Notes: generated by a model not told the origin, from the letters alone. Positions 10,149-20,989 are shown, numbered from the stretch's first letter. The stretch: DNA of 64,000 bases from an uncultured cyanobacterium (GCA_963803805.1 CAWDOD010000003.1:384001-448000), one strand, 5' to 3'. Program-made: numbers and translations.

Positions 10149-10794
10149 ATGAATTTGTCCATTGCTGATTTACGCCAAAATTATACTCTTGCTGGTTTAA
10201 CAGAAGAATATGCTTCTGCTAATCCTTTTGAGTTATTTCAAACTTGGTTTAATCAAGCCCTAGAAGCCAAGTTAAACGAACCTAATGCAATGACCCTTGC
10301 TACAGCTACTCCTGATGGTAAACCTTCAGCCCGAATGGTTCTACTGAAGGGTTTTAATGAACAGGGCTTTATCTTTTATACCAACTATGAAAGTAAAAAA
10401 GGGCAACAATTATTGCAAAATCCTTGGGTCCTCCTTAGTTTTTTGGTGGGCTGAATTAGAAAGACAGGTCAGAATTTCAGGTGAAGTAGAAAAAACTTCT
10501 CACCAAGAATCCGATGAGTATTTTAAAAGCCGTCCCCATAATTCTCAATTAGGTGCTTGGGCATCAGCTCAAAGTCAAGTTATTCCTAATCGTCAGATGC
10601 TAGAAGAGAAATTGAAAGCGATTAAAGAGCAGTATACTGAACAAACAGTACCGCGTCCGTCCTATTGGGGAGGATTCAGGGTTATGCCCCAGTCTATAGA
10701 GTTTTGGCAAGGAAGACCTAGTAGATTACACGACCGCTTACTTTACCAAAAAAGTCAAGATGGGAATTGGATCAAGAAAAGATTATCACCCTAG
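10149..10794 (+). CDS. pdxH: Pyridoxamine 5'-phosphate oxidase; +1 frameshift near 10426-10431
   Basis: EPNAMTLAT, PSARMVLLK and FYTNYES in the first ORF; LERQVRI and IEFWQGRPSRLHDR in the second. Span is 646 nt = 3n+1. Confidence 0.92.
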
Positions 10795-10809
10795 CAGCTA
10801 ATTCTTTAA

Positions 10810-12288
10810 ATGACTAATGATCTTTTAAGCAACCGCTATCGCTTACTTCGTCCTCTAGGTAAGGGGGGTTTCGGCGAGACTTTTTTAGCCGAAGATACCC
10901 ATATGCCATCAGGAAGAAGTTGCGTTATCAAGTTGCTTAAACCTATGACCCAAGATCCTAAAGTATATGAACTTGTTAAAGAAAGGTTTCAAAGGGAAGC
11001 GGCTATTCTTGAAGAATTAGGGGAAGCCAACAATCAAATTCCGAGACTTTATGCCTATTTTACTGAAGAGGAGCAATTTTATTTAGTTCAAAAGTGGATT
11101 CAAGGAGCTACCTTAGCTGAAAAAGTCCAACAGCAAGGGCGTTTGGGGGAAGAAGAAGTTAGGAGAATTCTGGTTGGTATTTTGCCTGTATTGGATTATG
11201 TTCACAGCAAAAAGATTGTTCACCGAGATATTAAACCAGAAAATATTATCTTACGATTCTCTGACCAGAAACCAGTTTTAATTGATTTTGGGGCAGTAAA
11301 AGAAGCCATGGGAACAGTAGTTAATTCCCAAGGTAATACCACTAGTTCCATTGTTATCGGCACTCCTGGTTTCATGCCCAGTGAACAGGCGGCGGGAAGA
11401 CCCCTTTATTCTAGCGATTTGTATAGTTTGGGTTTAGTAGCAATTTATTTGCTTTCTGGACAAAAACCTCAAATGTTGGCAACAGACTCTTTAACAGGAG
11501 AGGTTCTCTGGCGAAAGTATGTTAGTCAAGTTAGTTCCGAGTTAGCTGCTGTCTTAGATAAAGCAATTAGATATCATCCTAGAGAGCGCTTTCCTACAGC
11601 TATGGATATGTTGGCGGCGTTGGAAAATCAGGAAATAAGTTTTCCTGCTACTGTTGCATACGGTGTCCCCACAGAACCCCCTCCTTCTACCACTCAACCT
11701 CCGCCGTCAACTCTATCTCCCACCATACCCGTAGCCCCCACTTCCCAAGAACCTTCCTTGGTTGGCCCTAGAAAGACTTCGTTTCAGGCAACCCAGGCTG
11801 GATATCAGCAAAACCTGTTCTTAAGTGCTTTTGTGGCGTTACTAATTTTAGGGGGTTTAATTGGTAGTTCAGTGGCTATTGGTCGTTTGATAACTCGTTC
11901 TCCAGAAACCTCACCAGTTGAGTCGTTTACCAACAGCAGCAATCAAACCCAGCGCCCTTCCCCGCAAAAAGCCATTGAAGATTATTATGAAGATATAAAC
12001 AATGGTCAATATCGAGCAGCTTGGGAGCGTTTACCACAAGGGTTGCAAAACGATCAAGGTTTACATCCAGAGGGCTATTTTTCCTATGTTAACTGGTGGG
12101 AAACTATCGATTCTGTGGATCTTCAAGACCTTAATGTAGTAGAAAATAATCCTGATACGGCTAAGGTTGATGTGCAGTTAGTCTATAACAAGAATGACGG
12201 AAAGGTTAGTCCCCAAAAATTACAATTTTCTCTCTTTTGGGATTACGATAACAATCAATGGATGTTTGCCAAAATAAGAGCAAAGTAA
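10810..12288 (+). CDS. Pkn2-type membrane Ser/Thr protein kinase
   Basis: GKGGFGETF, HRDIKPEN, DFG and GTPGFMPSEQ motifs; Pro/Thr linker, TM helix, C-terminal extracytoplasmic domain. Confidence 0.93.
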   Translation: MTNDLLSNRYRLLRPLGKGGFGETFLAEDTHMPSGRSCVIKLLKPMTQDPKVYELVKERFQREAAILEELGEANNQIPRLYAYFTEEEQFYLVQKWIQGATLAEKVQQQGRLGEEEVRRILVGILPVLDYVHSKKIVHRDIKPENIILRFSDQKPVLIDFGAVKEAMGTVVNSQGNTTSSIVIGTPGFMPSEQAAGRPLYSSDLYSLGLVAIYLLSGQKPQMLATDSLTGEVLWRKYVSQVSSELAAVLDKAIRYHPRERFPTAMDMLAALENQEISFPATVAYGVPTEPPPSTTQPPPSTLSPTIPVAPTSQEPSLVGPRKTSFQATQAGYQQNLFLSAFVALLILGGLIGSSVAIGRLITRSPETSPVESFTNSSNQTQRPSPQKAIEDYYEDINNGQYRAAWERLPQGLQNDQGLHPEGYFSYVNWWETIDSVDLQDLNVVENNPDTAKVDVQLVYNKNDGKVSPQKLQFSLFWDYDNNQWMFAKIRAK

Positions 12289-12462
12289 TTTGCTAATTGC
12301 TAAGAGATGATCAAGTTCGATACTGAAAAAATTTCCACTTAAATTCTGGCTAATAAGGGATAGAAACTATTCTCTTGCTAGACTAATTAACAAAGACTTC
12401 AAGTCCTGGACTGGTGGTTCTCCAGCTAGGACACACATACTAACAACTATCTCTAATTCTCT

Positions 12463-13209
12463 ATGTTGCTACATCTGTGTACTTGGCAAGAAGTGGAGGC
12501 ATATCTCGAAAAATCTCCAGGTATCATCATTCCGATCGGTTCGACTGAACAACATGGCCCCACAGGATTAATTGGTACGGATGCTATTTGTGCTGAGGCG
12601 ATCGCCAAAGGAGTGGGAGAAGCAACTCAAGGTTTGGTAGGACCGACGATTAATGTTGGTATGGCTCTTCACCATACTAATTTCCCTGGTAGTATTAGCT
12701 TGCGCCCTAGCACCCTCATTCAAGTAGTGGGTGACTATGTTACTTGTTTGGCCAACTCAGGATTTACTCATTTCTTTTTTATTAATGGCCATGGGGGAAA
12801 CATGGCTACATTAAAAGCAGCTTTTGCCGAAACTTATTACCACTTGTCCCACACCAACTTAGCCAGTGCAGAGAAAGTAAAGTGTAAGCTAGGTAACTGG
12901 TTTATGTGTAAGTCGGTTTATCAATTAGCTAAAAAACTCTACGGCGATCGCGAAGGTTCCCACGCTACTCCTAGCGAGGTAGCTTTGACTCAATACATCT
13001 ATCCTGATGTAATTAAAGAAGCCCCCCTATCTCCAGAAGTTGCTTCCGGGCATCCCATCTACAGCGCCGCTAACTTCCGCCTCCACTACCCAGATGGGCG
13101 TATGGGTTCTGACCCCAGCTTAGCAACTCCAGAACGAGGACAACAGTTTTATGAATTAGCTGTTCAAGATTTGAGCAATACTTATACAGAGTTTTTGAAA
13201 CAAGAATGA
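12463..13209 (+). CDS. Creatininase family amidohydrolase
   Basis: PIGSTEQHGP, GTD, NGHGGN and HATPSE motifs. Confidence 0.92.
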   Translation: MLLHLCTWQEVEAYLEKSPGIIIPIGSTEQHGPTGLIGTDAICAEAIAKGVGEATQGLVGPTINVGMALHHTNFPGSISLRPSTLIQVVGDYVTCLANSGFTHFFFINGHGGNMATLKAAFAETYYHLSHTNLASAEKVKCKLGNWFMCKSVYQLAKKLYGDREGSHATPSEVALTQYIYPDVIKEAPLSPEVASGHPIYSAANFRLHYPDGRMGSDPSLATPERGQQFYELAVQDLSNTYTEFLKQE

Positions 13210-13358
13210 TTGCCTACTCATCAATTCTATCTCAAGCAAATTCCCGCTTTCTTAGCACGCATTGGTAGAGTAACTTCAGCCGGTACTTTAAGTTTTGACC
13301 CTAGTAAGTATTTATTGTTTTATTTACTGTAAGTACTAAAGTAATAGCTTTTTCGCTA

Positions 13359-13694
13359 TTAGTCTGTTACTTCCACATCAACTAATTCTACTTGATTTTT
13401 TTCGGGGACATCGGTTTTAATTTTCAGATGAGCCACATTGGTTATACCTACACTAACTTCTAAAGAAACTCTTTCTGTCGAAATGTTTTCTTTTCTAACT
13501 CGTTGACTAGCAATTTGTAGTACGTTAATAGCATTGTCAACCGCCGCTATTATAGCGTCTTCAGTTATTTCTTCAGCTTTATTTTCGGTGAGATTAGAAA
13601 CTTGGTTAACAACTTTTTTGCCTGTTTCTTCTACTGCATTAGATACTTGATTCATTAATTTTTTACTTTTTTTAGGTATATTGTCTAAATTCAT
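13359..13694 (-). CDS. Hypothetical protein
   Basis: 111-aa ORF with ATG start and upstream AGGA; internal NQVSN duplication; no recognised family. Confidence 0.55.
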   Translation of the reverse strand: MNLDNIPKKSKKLMNQVSNAVEETGKKVVNQVSNLTENKAEEITEDAIIAAVDNAINVLQIASQRVRKENISTERVSLEVSVGITNVAHLKIKTDVPEKNQVELVDVEVTD

Positions 13695-13933
13695 TTATTA
13701 ATTGTTCCTGGTAGCAATTGAGTGAAAAATCCCCAAGTATCCTGAAAGGATATTAATTATTTAGATAATCTTATGAAAATCATTATAAACTAATAGCTAA
13801 GTTGGAACTATCCTACCCAAGTTAGATTAAAATAGCTTTTAAATACATATCTTTGGGGGAATATAACTTTATTTTATAGAGCAATTTATAGTGGCTCTAT
13901 AAACTTTTGCTTATCGAGTAAATTGAGTTGAAC

Positions 13934-15229
13934 TTAGAAAATAAATCCTAACTTTAACTGCCAAGTTTGCCCTTCACTACGAATAATCTCAATTTTTTGT
14001 AGAAATTCACGAAAATAAAACCTTCGTTCTGCTTCGGATAAATCTAACCAAAATTGAGGTAAAGAAACAGCTTGGGCGATCGCTTGTAAATTAACAGGGG
14101 GAAGTTGAGCTAATTTGGTTTTGATTTGAGCTATTTCTTGATTCAATTTATAGCGGCGCAAAGCAGCAGTTTCTTGATCTAGAATTCCTTGTTCTTCCAA
14201 GGTAGGTAACTGAAGCAAAATTCCTTCTTTTGTTTGGATATCTGCTTGGCAAGTTTGTTTAATAACTTCTAAATTAGGGCCTTGCATCTGTGCCACAGCC
14301 AAAGGTAGATCCTGACAAATACGCTCAATGGTTTGTTGAAGAACTTTTTGATAAGAGATTGCTTTGCATTTCGGTTTTTGAGGACAATTAATCGGCCGTA
14401 GATAAAGGTATTTGTATTTTTTATTCCTGGTTTTCACTTGAGTAATTGTCATTGCTGAGTTGCATTGGTGACAAACCACTAAACCCGCCAAAGAACGAGG
14501 CGCACTAGCTGTACGAGGTGCAATAAGGCTATTACGGCGCAACAAACGGTCAATTTGAGCAGCTTCTTCGGAGGAGATAATCGGTATATGGGTGTTGGTA
14601 ATAACTTCACCATTTTTATAAGCTAAATTACCGCGATAAACTGGATTAGTTAACCAACGTTTTCCTGTAGTGACAGAAATTTTCTTACCATATTTATTTT
14701 CTAAATACCTTACTGCTCCTCGCAAAGAACCGTAGATCAAAAAACGTTCAAAAAACTCTTTCACCACCGGGGCAGTACTACGATCAACAATATAACGGTC
14801 TTTGCCGCGACGATAGCCGTAGGGGGCTTTTCCTGGAGGAGGTAAAGCTTTAAGACGGTTACGGGCATGGCCTTGACGTAGACGATGACAATTTTGATTC
14901 TTAGCAACCTCTGTGGCGAGTTGCCATAAATTCCCTTGTGGTTCCCTTTCTAGAGAACTATAGGGCTGTTCTGTAGCGATAACTTCAATATCTAACTCTG
15001 CCAACTTTGTTAAGCGATCGCTCACCTCTTGTAAAGATGCCCCTAATTCTTCTAAGCGGCGAATGAGAAGATATTCCGGGGGGTCATCTTGGCAATCGAG
15101 AACCATCTGTCTAAGCTGTTGTCTCTCTCCTAAGTCTTGATAAACTCTATCCACCTCCAAGCCCCATATTTCTGGCTCTGGGGAAGATTCTAACAAAGGA
15201 TCGCTATAGATATAAGCGAATATTTTCAT
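13934..15229 (-). CDS. Large serine recombinase family protein with degenerate catalytic domain
   Basis: Resolvase-like N-terminus, GKAPYGY, LTNPVYRG, HIPIIS recombinase domain, LAGLVVCHQC zinc ribbon, coiled coil. Confidence 0.85.
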   Translation of the reverse strand: MKIFAYIYSDPLLESSPEPEIWGLEVDRVYQDLGERQQLRQMVLDCQDDPPEYLLIRRLEELGASLQEVSDRLTKLAELDIEVIATEQPYSSLEREPQGNLWQLATEVAKNQNCHRLRQGHARNRLKALPPPGKAPYGYRRGKDRYIVDRSTAPVVKEFFERFLIYGSLRGAVRYLENKYGKKISVTTGKRWLTNPVYRGNLAYKNGEVITNTHIPIISSEEAAQIDRLLRRNSLIAPRTASAPRSLAGLVVCHQCNSAMTITQVKTRNKKYKYLYLRPINCPQKPKCKAISYQKVLQQTIERICQDLPLAVAQMQGPNLEVIKQTCQADIQTKEGILLQLPTLEEQGILDQETAALRRYKLNQEIAQIKTKLAQLPPVNLQAIAQAVSLPQFWLDLSEAERRFYFREFLQKIEIIRSEGQTWQLKLGFIF

Positions 15230-15575
15230 TTTTTACCGACAAGCTTAAGAGAAGCTGAAACTCTATTCAATAATATTGAATCCAATGTAAATTATGATTC
15301 TCAAGAAAAGTTCCTACTTCTGGCTAGTCTACAACTTCCCAGAAAAAACTTAGACTTATTTGTAAGTAAAAGAAAAAGTGACACAACAAATCCAACCTTC
15401 TGGTTTAACCAAAAATCTTTTTTATATTGTGTCACTAATAAATAACATTTGCTCCTAGACGTATTATTTGCTTACTATTGGCTATTAAACAACGGCCAAA
15501 TGTCGCAAAGAAAAGCATTTTTTCTCAGCATATTGTCGTAGACGAAGTAGCCAATAACACTAGGATTTGCTTCTT

Positions 15576-16070
15576 TTACTGAACTGCCTCAACTTGAGCT
15601 TGAGAAAAGTAAAGCCAATTATTGCAACCTGAACCAGCACAAGTAGCTTCTACAGCGAAACTCTTAGCTGTCTCAGTACCTAGTAACAAACTTTTGACTT
15701 CTCCTGGTCTGACAGTTTCTGAACTAAACATTAGTCCATCTAAATAGAGATTAACGGTAATAGGAGCGCTGTTAGCTTGGGCATCATGAATCCCAAACTG
15801 AAGTTTGAGTAACAATCCGCCACTATTAATTTCTGGTAGTTTACAGGTCATTGCAGCCCCAGGATAAGCCCGCATAACCCCATTAAGAAACTGTCTGTTA
15901 ACAGAAAAATAATTCCTAGTTGCTTCAAAATCATTGCTTTTTTTACCATCAATATCTACACAAGGTAGATCTAGTAAAAAAATGGCTTCTTGGGCAGCTA
16001 AAGAAGAACTTCCTGCAACCACCAAAACAACAGAGGCGATCACCGCAGCGAGAAATTTAATAGGTTGCAT
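15576..16070 (-). CDS. Secreted hypothetical protein, NPCBM/NEW2-like beta-sandwich
   Basis: Signal peptide (...SSLAAQ); FGIHD...VNLYLDG pattern resembles NPCBM domains. Confidence 0.5.
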   Translation of the reverse strand: MQPIKFLAAVIASVVLVVAGSSSLAAQEAIFLLDLPCVDIDGKKSNDFEATRNYFSVNRQFLNGVMRAYPGAAMTCKLPEINSGGLLLKLQFGIHDAQANSAPITVNLYLDGLMFSSETVRPGEVKSLLLGTETAKSFAVEATCAGSGCNNWLYFSQAQVEAVQ

Positions 16071-16273
16071 AAACTAAGCTAAAGGTTTTAGATTTCAACA
16101 TCCTCTAATTTAAGATTTAGAGTTTTGAGGTTTAACTTTTCTTACAAGCTTGATTTTAGGCGATTTGAGTATCAATTCACTATAGGCATTTGGGGAACCA
16201 TTGATATAACATCGAAGCAGTCAATCAAATGTTCTGTCTCTAATTTATTATTTAACTGTCTAATCAGCTCCCT

Positions 16274-18571
16274 ATGACTAAGCAGTCGGTCAATCGAGGA
16301 CTTTCTTCATCTTTAGAAATTCTCAAGCCAACGTTGGACTTGCCCACAAATTTTTTAGATTTAACTAATGCTTTGGCGACAGTTTTAGATCCTTCAGGAT
16401 GTATTGTTTACAGCAATCAAGCCTGTACCAATTTGCTTGGTTATTCTTCTCAAGAACTATTAGGGCGCTATATTTGGGAATTTCTTACTCTTTCAGTCCA
16501 GAAAGAGTCGTTGCAAGCAGATTTTTCTCAGTTGAACTTTAAAGAATTTCCTGTTGAACAGGAAAATTGCTGGCTAACTAAACACAAAGAAACACGCTGG
16601 ATTGCTTGGACAAATAACACTTGTTTTGACAATCAGGGTAGAGTGGCCTATGTTATTGCCACAGGTATTGATATCACCAACCGCAAGCTCACAGAAACAA
16701 GATTGCAGAATCAATGCAATCTCCTCCAATCAGTAATCCAAGCTACTCCAGATGTGGTTTTTGTCAAAGATTTACAAGGAAACTTTCAACTCATTAACGA
16801 ACCTTTTGCACGTCTGTTTAACAAAAAAGTTGAAGATATTGTGGGAAAACATATGAGTTCCATTTTCCCCCCCAAAGTATGTGTTCAATTAAAAATAGAT
16901 GATGCCCAAATTATTGCCTCTGGTGAGTCAGAGACTTTTGAAGAAAACGTCTTTATCCAAGGGGAATGGCGTACTTATTTGACCACTAAAGCTCCTTATC
17001 GTGATATTGAAGGTAATATTCTTGGTGTAGCTGGTTTTGCTAAAGATGTTAATTACCTCAAACAAATTCAAAGACAGTTAAGGGAAGCAAATGGAGAATT
17101 GGAAAAAAGGGTACAAGAACGTACCAGAGAATTGCAAAAAGCTAATCAACAATTGCAGCGTTACGTAGAAAATTCCCCCATGGCAGTGGTGGAATGGAAT
17201 AATGAATTTTGCATCCAAGTTTGGTCGCCAGCAGCAGAACAAATGTTTGGTTGGCAAGAACAGGAAGTTTGCGGTAAATGTCTTTTTAAATGGCGATTTT
17301 TCCACGAGGAAGATGCAAAAACAATTCAAAGTACCGCTCAAGTTTTACTTGATGGGGGACAAGAGAGTGAAGTTAACTCGATTCGCAACTATACCAAAAC
17401 AGGTAAGATAATCCATTGTGAATGGTATCACTCGGTATTATTTGACGAAAATGGTAAATTTATTTCGATTCTTTCTTTAGTATTAGATGTCAGCGAACGT
17501 AAACAAGCCCAAGAAGCGCGAGATCGCTTTTTCGATTTGTCTATGGATATGATGACCATTGCTAACGATCAAGGCAACTTCCTACAAGTTAACCCAGCAG
17601 TAACCAGAATTCTCGGTTATACACCCCAAGAGTTTATCGCAAAGCCTTGTATTGAGGTAATTCATCCTGAAGATAGGGAAGCAACTTTAGCTGAAGTAAG
17701 CAAACTTTTGTCTGGTATTCCCAGTCTCTATTTTGAGAGTCGCTATCGTAGCCAGGACGGTACTTACAAATCTCTAGCTTGGACATCTGTTGCTGTACCA
17801 ACTGAAGGTATTATATATGGCGTTGCTCGCGACATTACAGAACGCAAGGAAGCAGAAGCAGCCCTAGAACGGGCTAATCTCGAATTAGCCCGTTCTAACC
17901 AAGAATTAGAGCAATTTGCCTCTGTTGCTTCCCACGACTTACGGGAACCTGTGCGTAAAGTCCAAAGTTTTGCTGAACTGTTAGTAGAAGGGTATAGTGA
18001 TCGCCTTGATGGCAGTGCAGAAAAATACTTGAACTACATCATAGATGGGGCTACAAGGATGCAAACTATGATCCAAGACCTCTTGACTTATTCTCGTTTA
18101 GGTAGGAATGAGATTGCTTTAAAACCAACAGATTTAGAAAAAGTTCTTAAGCAAGTTACTGATGATTTGAGTATTACTATCGAAGAAAATCAGGCACAAA
18201 TAGTTTGGGAGAATCTCCCTACAGTTCTTGCCAATCCATCAGAAATGATGCAATTATTCCAGAATTTGATTAGTAATGGGATTAAATTTCACGGCGAAGC
18301 TGCACCTCGAATTAAGATTCAAGCTCAACTGGAGGAGGGAAAATGGCTAATTTCTGTCCAGGATAATGGTATTGGTATTAATCCTAAGTTTACCGAGCGC
18401 ATTTTTGTACTTTTCCAAAGATTGCACAGTCGCAATAAGTATCCAGGTACAGGAATTGGTTTAGCCGTTTGCCGCAAAATTGTTGAGCATCACGGCGGGA
18501 AAATCTGGATAGAGTCTGAGGTGGGCAAAGGAACAACTTTCTACTTTACTTTGCCTAAGTGTAAAAGCTAA
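16274..18571 (+). CDS. Cytoplasmic multi-PAS sensor histidine kinase
   Basis: Four PAS/PAC repeats; H-box ASHDLREP, N-box NLISNGIKF, DNGIGI, GTGIGL. Confidence 0.93.
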   Translation: MTKQSVNRGLSSSLEILKPTLDLPTNFLDLTNALATVLDPSGCIVYSNQACTNLLGYSSQELLGRYIWEFLTLSVQKESLQADFSQLNFKEFPVEQENCWLTKHKETRWIAWTNNTCFDNQGRVAYVIATGIDITNRKLTETRLQNQCNLLQSVIQATPDVVFVKDLQGNFQLINEPFARLFNKKVEDIVGKHMSSIFPPKVCVQLKIDDAQIIASGESETFEENVFIQGEWRTYLTTKAPYRDIEGNILGVAGFAKDVNYLKQIQRQLREANGELEKRVQERTRELQKANQQLQRYVENSPMAVVEWNNEFCIQVWSPAAEQMFGWQEQEVCGKCLFKWRFFHEEDAKTIQSTAQVLLDGGQESEVNSIRNYTKTGKIIHCEWYHSVLFDENGKFISILSLVLDVSERKQAQEARDRFFDLSMDMMTIANDQGNFLQVNPAVTRILGYTPQEFIAKPCIEVIHPEDREATLAEVSKLLSGIPSLYFESRYRSQDGTYKSLAWTSVAVPTEGIIYGVARDITERKEAEAALERANLELARSNQELEQFASVASHDLREPVRKVQSFAELLVEGYSDRLDGSAEKYLNYIIDGATRMQTMIQDLLTYSRLGRNEIALKPTDLEKVLKQVTDDLSITIEENQAQIVWENLPTVLANPSEMMQLFQNLISNGIKFHGEAAPRIKIQAQLEEGKWLISVQDNGIGINPKFTERIFVLFQRLHSRNKYPGTGIGLAVCRKIVEHHGGKIWIESEVGKGTTFYFTLPKCKS

Positions 18572-18688
18572 TCATACCAAACCAGCCGTAGGCATCGCAT
18601 GATACATATAAGTCCCAGAAATTAGAAATAACAAACGTTTTCCGAAAGTGACACAATAGGTATGAGATTAAAAGGGAATTGCCTGGCT

Positions 18689-19294
18689 TCAACTGCTCAT
18701 AGTGGTAAATAGTTTGTAGGGCTGATAACAGTAATACTTGGGGCGTGAATCCAATCTGATATGAAGCCAGTGAACCCCTAGTCCTGATGTACTGACCCAA
18801 ATAGACTGCTTTTGCTCTTCAAGTTTCTGTCGTAGCGATCGCCCTAAAGTTTTCCACAACAAGTGCTGCTGAGAACTGGGTGCTTCTCGGACAAAATTTG
18901 CTAGATGAGTGCTAGCCGGTATGTCAGTAACAGGACAAGGCACGACTAATAAAGCATCTTTCCCTAGATTAGGAAAGGTAGCAACTTCTCTATTTGCCAA
19001 TTCAAAGTGTTGTTGGAAGTCACTATAATCTGGTTCTAGATTAGCTAACTTGGGACTATCGATTAGAACAAATTCAAATTCTCGCTGTACATTAGATTGA
19101 CTTACAGGTGGTGTTTCCCAAAAGTAAGCTGGCATGGAGGTATCGGCTAACAAAGAAATAAAAAATGTTCTAAAGCTTTCATCTTGTTGCCATAACTCAA
19201 TCACTTCTGAGTAAGCAATCTGCTTATCGCCTTTGAAAATAGAGATTTTCTGAATGCGCTCATTATCAATTAGTTCGCGTTTGGATTGCCACAT
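18689..19294 (-). CDS. Conserved hypothetical protein (DUF6940-like)
   Basis: FWETPP, FPNLGKDALLVVP and WVSTSGLGVHWLHIRLDSRPKYY motifs recalled from a widespread uncharacterised family. Confidence 0.6.
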   Translation of the reverse strand: MWQSKRELIDNERIQKISIFKGDKQIAYSEVIELWQQDESFRTFFISLLADTSMPAYFWETPPVSQSNVQREFEFVLIDSPKLANLEPDYSDFQQHFELANREVATFPNLGKDALLVVPCPVTDIPASTHLANFVREAPSSQQHLLWKTLGRSLRQKLEEQKQSIWVSTSGLGVHWLHIRLDSRPKYYCYQPYKLFTTMSS

Positions 19295-19348
19295 ATTACT
19301 CTTTACAACTTTAACTTCAAAGAAATATTTCTTTTTTAATCCAAGTAC

Positions 19349-20989
19349 TTACCAACTAACTCTGCCATCTAACTTTTGTTGAGAACTTGGGCCGATACCA
19401 GACACCCTTTGTAAATCTTCTAGGGAAGTGAAGGGTTTTTCTTGGCGAGTAGCAATGATACGTTGGGCTAAAGCCGGTCCAATTCCTGGTAAAGTTTCTA
19501 ATTCTTGTTGAGTTGCCGTATTGATATTAACTAAACCTGAAACAGAATTAGGAGAAGAAACCGTCGTTATTTGAGAACAAGCTTTTTCTTCTGCTTTAAT
19601 TTTCTCCTGTAGTTTGACAGGAACTCCTAAGACGGCTGGAGCATACAAACGTTCAAATTCCCTAGAATAATGTGCGGCAATGACCGGATTTTCTAAAATT
19701 AAAACTGTTTCATCATTGTTATGATTAGCTGCTGCTGACCAATTATGGGAACCAGTAATCACAGTTTTACCATCTATCACAGCCATTTTGTGATGTAATT
19801 TATCACCCTTAGCTAACTGGGGTACACCAACATCAGCAATAGGCATTTGCCAAGGACGATTATTGGCTTCGTATTGGCATTTTTGACTTAAAGCAACTCC
19901 CAACATATCCAAGCCCTCGCTATAGTTACGAAAGGCAAAACTGGGGTCAATTAAACTACTAATTTTAACCCCTTGTTGTTGGCGAGTTTCTAGGACATTA
20001 ACTAGCTGCTGTTCTGTAAAGACGAAAAGAGCTAAATTTACCGATGTAGTACTACTAGCTAAGATTTTAGCAATCAAGCCATTACTGCTACTCTGCCAAG
20101 ATTGGCTAGGGGAGGTGGGAGAAAATGTTACAGTTACTTGAGTGTTGCCGATGCTAACTTGTTGGGGAGGGCGAGGGGGTTTTTGTAAACCAAACTTACT
20201 ATCAGGTTTTCCTTCAGGACCATCTCCCCACATTAAATTGAATTCTTGGCTGAAGATTTGCGCGAGTTTAGGATCGTTTATTTTGAGGAGATTATTGGCA
20301 TTACCACGACTGTCGGGATTATTAAAGTCCCCATGTATACCACTAGTGGTAAAGTTTGCTGAACCTGTTACCACTGTTCGCCCATCCACCACCACAAACT
20401 TATGGTGCATCAAGTCACTACCCTCAGAACCATCAGCAGTATCATCAATCAAAGGAACCCCAGCGTTGCGTAACATGACTAAAGCATCCCCTTGATTAAT
20501 TTCCTCGTTGCTAAGTTGTTTATCTTGGTTTTTATCAACCAAAGCAAGAAATTCTTGATAATTACCTCGTTCCCTTGGCTCTAATTTGGCAACTTCTGCC
20601 CTCGTTAAATCACTCCAAGGACGATTGTAAGTATTCTCGATAATAACCCTAACCTTAACCCCAGCTTGATGTTTCTCAAGGAGCGATCGCGCCACACCAG
20701 GCAACCGCAATTCTTGCACAGCAATATCAATACTAGATTGAGCCGCATTAATAGTTTCGATGATAAGTTGTTCTAAATTATCCCCAGGACGAGTTATTTT
20801 CCGGTAAGGTTCTTGATAATCTGCACCTTGAGCTTGATTATGATTAAAATAAACCTGAATAAAAGTATCTTGGGGTAACGGCAGGGGGCGATCGTTGGCA
20901 ACTTCCTCTTGTTTGGGACAGCTTTTCAACAAAAACAGAAAGGAAATTAAGGCTAAAGGTAGAAGTAGAAAAAGGCGATGCACTCTCAT
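19349..20989 (-). CDS. comA: Competence protein ComA/ComEA-like: two PLD domains plus C-terminal helix-hairpin-helix DNA-binding domain
   Basis: Two HKD motifs (HHKFVVVD, HHKMAVID); C-terminal VNINTATQQELETLPGIGP. Confidence 0.82.
   Translation of the reverse strand: MRVHRLFLLLPLALISFLFLLKSCPKQEEVANDRPLPLPQDTFIQVYFNHNQAQGADYQEPYRKITRPGDNLEQLIIETINAAQSSIDIAVQELRLPGVARSLLEKHQAGVKVRVIIENTYNRPWSDLTRAEVAKLEPRERGNYQEFLALVDKNQDKQLSNEEINQGDALVMLRNAGVPLIDDTADGSEGSDLMHHKFVVVDGRTVVTGSANFTTSGIHGDFNNPDSRGNANNLLKINDPKLAQIFSQEFNLMWGDGPEGKPDSKFGLQKPPRPPQQVSIGNTQVTVTFSPTSPSQSWQSSSNGLIAKILASSTTSVNLALFVFTEQQLVNVLETRQQQGVKISSLIDPSFAFRNYSEGLDMLGVALSQKCQYEANNRPWQMPIADVGVPQLAKGDKLHHKMAVIDGKTVITGSHNWSAAANHNNDETVLILENPVIAAHYSREFERLYAPAVLGVPVKLQEKIKAEEKACSQITTVSSPNSVSGLVNINTATQQELETLPGIGPALAQRIIATRQEKPFTSLEDLQRVSGIGPSSQQKLDGRVSW

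Noticed and set aside
12403-12432. Hairpin upstream of the creatininase gene as a riboswitch
   Set aside because: A single imperfect stem with no recognisable aptamer consensus.
13359-16070. XisF-like excision element around the recombinase
   Set aside because: No interrupted host gene or flanking direct repeats found, and the catalytic motif is degenerate.
18555-18800. 81-aa minus-strand ORF
   Set aside because: Overlaps two real genes and spans the repeat-like gap; no recognisable motif.
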